Source: Caecitellus pseudoparvulus (taxonomy: Eukaryota; Protista; Bigyra: Bicosoecida). Taken from it: a DNA stretch of 64,000 nucleotides. A program made the translations under genes and the position numbers. Shown in pieces: positions 60,801-64,000 of this stretch. The notes under the pieces were generated by a model. It saw only the letters and a list, made by a program, of their open reading frames with translations. It was not told the DNA's origin and searched no databases. Every line of letters begins with the position of its first letter. Position 1 is the stretch's first letter. Where the stretch lies: contig CBFFRQ010000061.1 in the NCBI GenBank assembly GCA_965644315.1, positions 1-64,000 on the forward strand. Direction: 5' to 3'.

Positions 60801-61698
60801 CATCATCATGGGCATTCTGTGGCTGGTCGTGTACGTGAACGCCTTTGCCGACAACTGGGAGGTGTACGTGGACCGCAACTTTGACACCATTTCCGACGCC
60901 TTCCCTGGCACGTACGACCAGGACGCCAGCCGAGAAGTGCAGGTGCAGCAAGCTACTGATGTGCTGGTGGCCAACGCCTCCATTATCGTCGGTCTCCTGG
61001 CCGCCGTGGCGCTGCTGTATGGCGTGGGCGCGTATTACGCTGCGGTCGTGGCCGAGCGCTTCCGCATCGTCTCCACCACCTACACCGTGCTTGCCATCTC
61101 CACCTTCTGCTTCGGGCTCATGTTCGTGGGGGGCGCCATCTACCTGTTCCTGGCAGGGGACTCGGAACTGCAGTTCCAAAGCACCGGCGGCGCCAGCATG
61201 GCTGGCGGCATCTTCTTTTTCCTGGCGGGAGCACTGGCGTACATCGGCGCCTTCAAGCGGTCAGCCACCATGGTCATGACCGTTATCGTGGTGCTGCTGG
61301 GCACCATCGGCTCCTGCATCGCCGTGGCATACTTCTCCTTCACCCAGGCCAACGAAGTGCCCGACCGCATCAACGCCATGAGCGACGAAGAGGTGAACGA
61401 ACTGAACGCCGAGTATGGCTACTCCCTGTCTCGGGATGAGCTCATCGTGGAGCTGCAGGACAACCTGCGAGTTGCGGGGCTGGCTGCCTCCCTCATGGCT
61501 GTGTTCATGGTGGTGTTCATTGCCGTCTCCTACCTCATGTACGTGCAGATCGGGAGCTTCAAGGAGGACTCTGTCCGCCTCGAAAAGCTCCGCCAAAAGT
61601 CTCTGCGGGCCAAGAAGAAGGGCTTCGACCAAGAGGCCTCAGCCCAGCGCAAGGCACGGCATGCTGAGCGGCGCCAGCGGGCCCACATGCGTGCGTGA
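57816..61698 (+). CDS. Leishmanolysin/GP63 (peptidase M8) fused to a multi-TM C-terminus with two tetraspanin-like units (spliced)
   Basis: Signal peptide MRGLSALLLAAAA; HELAHVLG zinc motif; AHWESR...ELMS (third His and Met-turn); phase-0 intron 60437-60504 joins DPVE to KTFLE of ORF 60367-61698. Confidence 0.85.
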
Positions 61699-61767
61699 GG
61701 CTGCCATGCCTCCTCAGCTGCCGTGTTCTCACTCGCTGCCTGCCTCCCCAATGCAAGTGCTCGTGCC

Positions 61768-64000
61768 TCACCAGGCAGTGACGTTGTACACCAGCTTGTG
61801 CAAGACGTCATCCCGCCCCGACCCAGCCTTGCGCACGAAGCCAAGCATGCCAAGCTCGCGCACAGCCACGACAAACCGACTGTGCACTTCAGCAGCATCC
61901 ACCTCGCGCAGGGGGGGGGTCTCGCCGCACGGCGGCGTCTGGCGCCCCTCCCCTCGACTGGCCTTTGTGGGGGAAGCAGGGACCACGTGCTCCTCCCGGG
62001 GACCCACCCGGCTGCGCTTCACGCCCCTGCGTCGGCCGCCAGACTTGGAGGCACTGGGGGGCGCGTCGCCTGCAGGTGCTGCCCCAGCACCCTTCGCCTT
62101 GGCAGCACCATGGACAAAGCTGCCCACGTCAAGGATGGCGCCCTGGGGCAGTTCACACGCGTGGTGGAAGGCAGCCAGCCAATGTGTGAGAGAGATGCGC
62201 TTGCCAGCGCGCTGGTAGATGCGGAATGCCATGGAGATGTCCGGGATGGTGTGGTCCACCAACACTCCAGCAGCAGCCCCCCCGCCATCACTGGAGGCTG
62301 GGATGTCAATGAGGTACGCTGCAGGGTCAGCAAGCGCCCGCAGCACAGTTCCTCGCACATCAGGCGCTAGGGCCTTGCGCAGGCTGGAAGTGGTGCCTGG
62401 GAACAGCACACTGCCCAGCGGCAGCTGGGGAAGTGACTTGCACCAGCGCCGGGCAATGGCTGTGATCCAGGGCCACACGATGGCATGGGCCCGGGACGCT
62501 GGGCTTGCATGCTTGGCAGCTGCATGCTTCAGGGCTTCCGCCCGGCGCCGCGCTGACGAGGCGTACCGAGCTTTTTGTGTAGCGGCCGGCGCGTCTAGAG
62601 TTGGTGAGACTGCAGTTGACTCGGGCTGCTCCAGCGCACGCAGAACAGCCGCGCCACCACACAGCTCCCGCCAAAACACCACTGGCCACGGAATGCTTGC
62701 GTCCAGAGGCACTAAACCCTCCAGTGGGAGGTGGCCTTGGGCGGGGCTGCCTCCCTCCAGCAGCAGCTGCAGCACTTGGCGCACAAGGCGGCACTGTGCT
62801 GGAACGGCGAGGTCCCTCACCCCGGAGCTGAGCGTGCTGAACCATGCAGACTGGGTGATGCAGCCAGTCCCCGTCATGGTCTCCGCGAACGTGCGTCGCT
62901 CTGCCGTGCAGGCCAGCGGCGCACAAAGCACAGGCTCCCACTCCCCAGCGGCGCCCTGGACCGCGAAGCTGCTCCGCTGGGCCAGTAGCGTCAGGATGCG
63001 CAGCACACGGTGTCTTGCCATGCGGTGCAAGGCAATGCGAAACAAGTGCCGCGCCAGGAGCCTTCGTTTGCCCCGCGGGGCCCAGGTCGGAGCGCCTATG
63101 GCTGACGTGGGCGGGGCGTGCCACGCAGGGTCACTCGTGAGCACGGCACTGGCATCGTCCACGCCGAGGAGGAAGCCAGGTGGCCACAACGCGGGCGTCT
63201 GCAGGATGCTGACAGCAGATGCCTCGGGCGTGACCATGAAGTCGCCCAGCTGCTTGGTTGCGTAGGAACCCGCCTTGCGTCCCTTGACGCGGGGCGGGCC
63301 GCTGGGCTTGGCCTGGGGCAGGGGCCGGATGGGGTCGCCTGGGAGCAGACCAGGCACCGTCTCATCCTCCGCCAGACACTGGAAACAGGCAGCTTCAGGG
63401 GTGTCCTCGCCCTCACTGCCCTGGCTGGGCGCTTCGTCATCCCCAGGCAACACGGCAGCCAGCAGTGCGGGTGGGAGGGCAGAGGCCCGCTGAGCAGCAG
63501 ACCACCACAGACTGGAGCACGCCTCCAGAGGGGACACGTCCCCCTCACTACCTGTCTCGATACAGGCAGTCCATGCTTCGGGGGTGGCGGGCAGTGCCCC
63601 TGCACTAGCCCGCAGGAGACCCAGCAGTGCTGGTGGGCCGCTCGTGCCGGCAGCAACCCCCACCCAGGCCTGTGTGGCACCTCCAGGGGCACTGCTTTGC
63701 CCTTGCACCTGTTGACACAACTTGTCCAGCACAGCAACGTGTGGAGGGGGCACGAGGGGCTCAGGCAGGGGGGTGAGCAGCACTGACGTGGCGCGGTGCG
63801 TCGCTGCTGCGAGGGCGTTCGTGGCCATGCGGTGGGCCATGGCCGTGATGGAGAGGCCGTGAGCCAGGGCATGCCCCATGGCCCACTTCAAGGCGCTGGG
63901 CCCAGGGGCGCTGGGCAGGACCCCCCGCACGATGAGGACGTGCAGAAACACGTCCAGGCTGACAAGCGGATTGGGCAGGTGCACATTGAGCAAGCGCAGG
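61768..64000 (-). CDS. ORC3: Origin recognition complex subunit 3, C-terminal part (5' end outside the window)
   Basis: ALADPAAYL, PDISMAFRIY...GKRISL.HW..AF and RFVVAVRELGMLGFVR match the ORC3 winged-helix C-terminus. Confidence 0.8.
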   Translation of the reverse strand, partial: LRLLNVHLPNPLVSLDVFLHVLIVRGVLPSAPGPSALKWAMGHALAHGLSITAMAHRMATNALAAATHRATSVLLTPLPEPLVPPPHVAVLDKLCQQVQGQSSAPGGATQAWVGVAAGTSGPPALLGLLRASAGALPATPEAWTACIETGSEGDVSPLEACSSLWWSAAQRASALPPALLAAVLPGDDEAPSQGSEGEDTPEAACFQCLAEDETVPGLLPGDPIRPLPQAKPSGPPRVKGRKAGSYATKQLGDFMVTPEASAVSILQTPALWPPGFLLGVDDASAVLTSDPAWHAPPTSAIGAPTWAPRGKRRLLARHLFRIALHRMARHRVLRILTLLAQRSSFAVQGAAGEWEPVLCAPLACTAERRTFAETMTGTGCITQSAWFSTLSSGVRDLAVPAQCRLVRQVLQLLLEGGSPAQGHLPLEGLVPLDASIPWPVVFWRELCGGAAVLRALEQPESTAVSPTLDAPAATQKARYASSARRRAEALKHAAAKHASPASRAHAIVWPWITAIARRWCKSLPQLPLGSVLFPGTTSSLRKALAPDVRGTVLRALADPAAYLIDIPASSDGGGAAAGVLVDHTIPDISMAFRIYQRAGKRISLTHWLAAFHHACELPQGAILDVGSFVHGAAKAKGAGAAPAGDAPPSASKSGGRRRGVKRSRVGPREEHVVPASPTKASRGEGRQTPPCGETPPLREVDAAEVHSRFVVAVRELGMLGFVRKAGSGRDDVLHKLVYNVTAW

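Noticed and set aside
21955-63786. Many long antisense or alternative-frame ORFs (e.g. 23674-25674, 39914-42088, 43267-44919, 58739-60256)
   Set aside because: Shadow ORFs expected from high GC3 opposite well-supported genes

Overview
Left end of a chromosome of a GC-rich, intron-containing unicellular eukaryote with vertebrate-type TTAGGG telomeres. The lineage is not determinable from sequence alone; a stramenopile-like flagellate is only a guess. Bases 1-1342 are (CCCTAA)n. From 1343 to ~9116 lies a chain of same-orientation (5' end towards the chromosome end) retroelement pieces joined at telomere-like microhomologies: element A (one long ORF with no recognisable RT, plus a 504-bp tandem copy of its 3' end), (TAACCC)4, a ~250-bp 3' end of element B, a ~1.7-kb AT-rich virus/plasmid-like island, and a 5'-truncated element B (non-LTR ORF2: YLG/thumb region and CCHC knuckle). 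All element 3' ends share a GAGG..AATGCATT..CTA motif. The island holds two small divergent ORFs, a GTTACGA iteron cluster, an 84-bp tandem repeat and a 102-bp near-perfect palindrome resembling a hairpin-telomere/protelomerase site; it is the most unusual feature of the window. The first host-side gene is an R-S-E type ADP-ribosyltransferase-like gene. The rest is gene-dense euchromatin: a NudE-pseudokinesin fusion, RMND1/DUF155, a multi-TM WW protein, a small GTPase, ValRS, SRP9, a ZC2HC1-like protein, a ~3900-aa receptor-like protein with two Venus-flytrap-like domains, GluRS, a ~3600-aa hypothetical protein, leishmanolysin fused to two tetraspanin-like units, and the 3' part of ORC3. All assignments come from manual motif reading; no searches were run.
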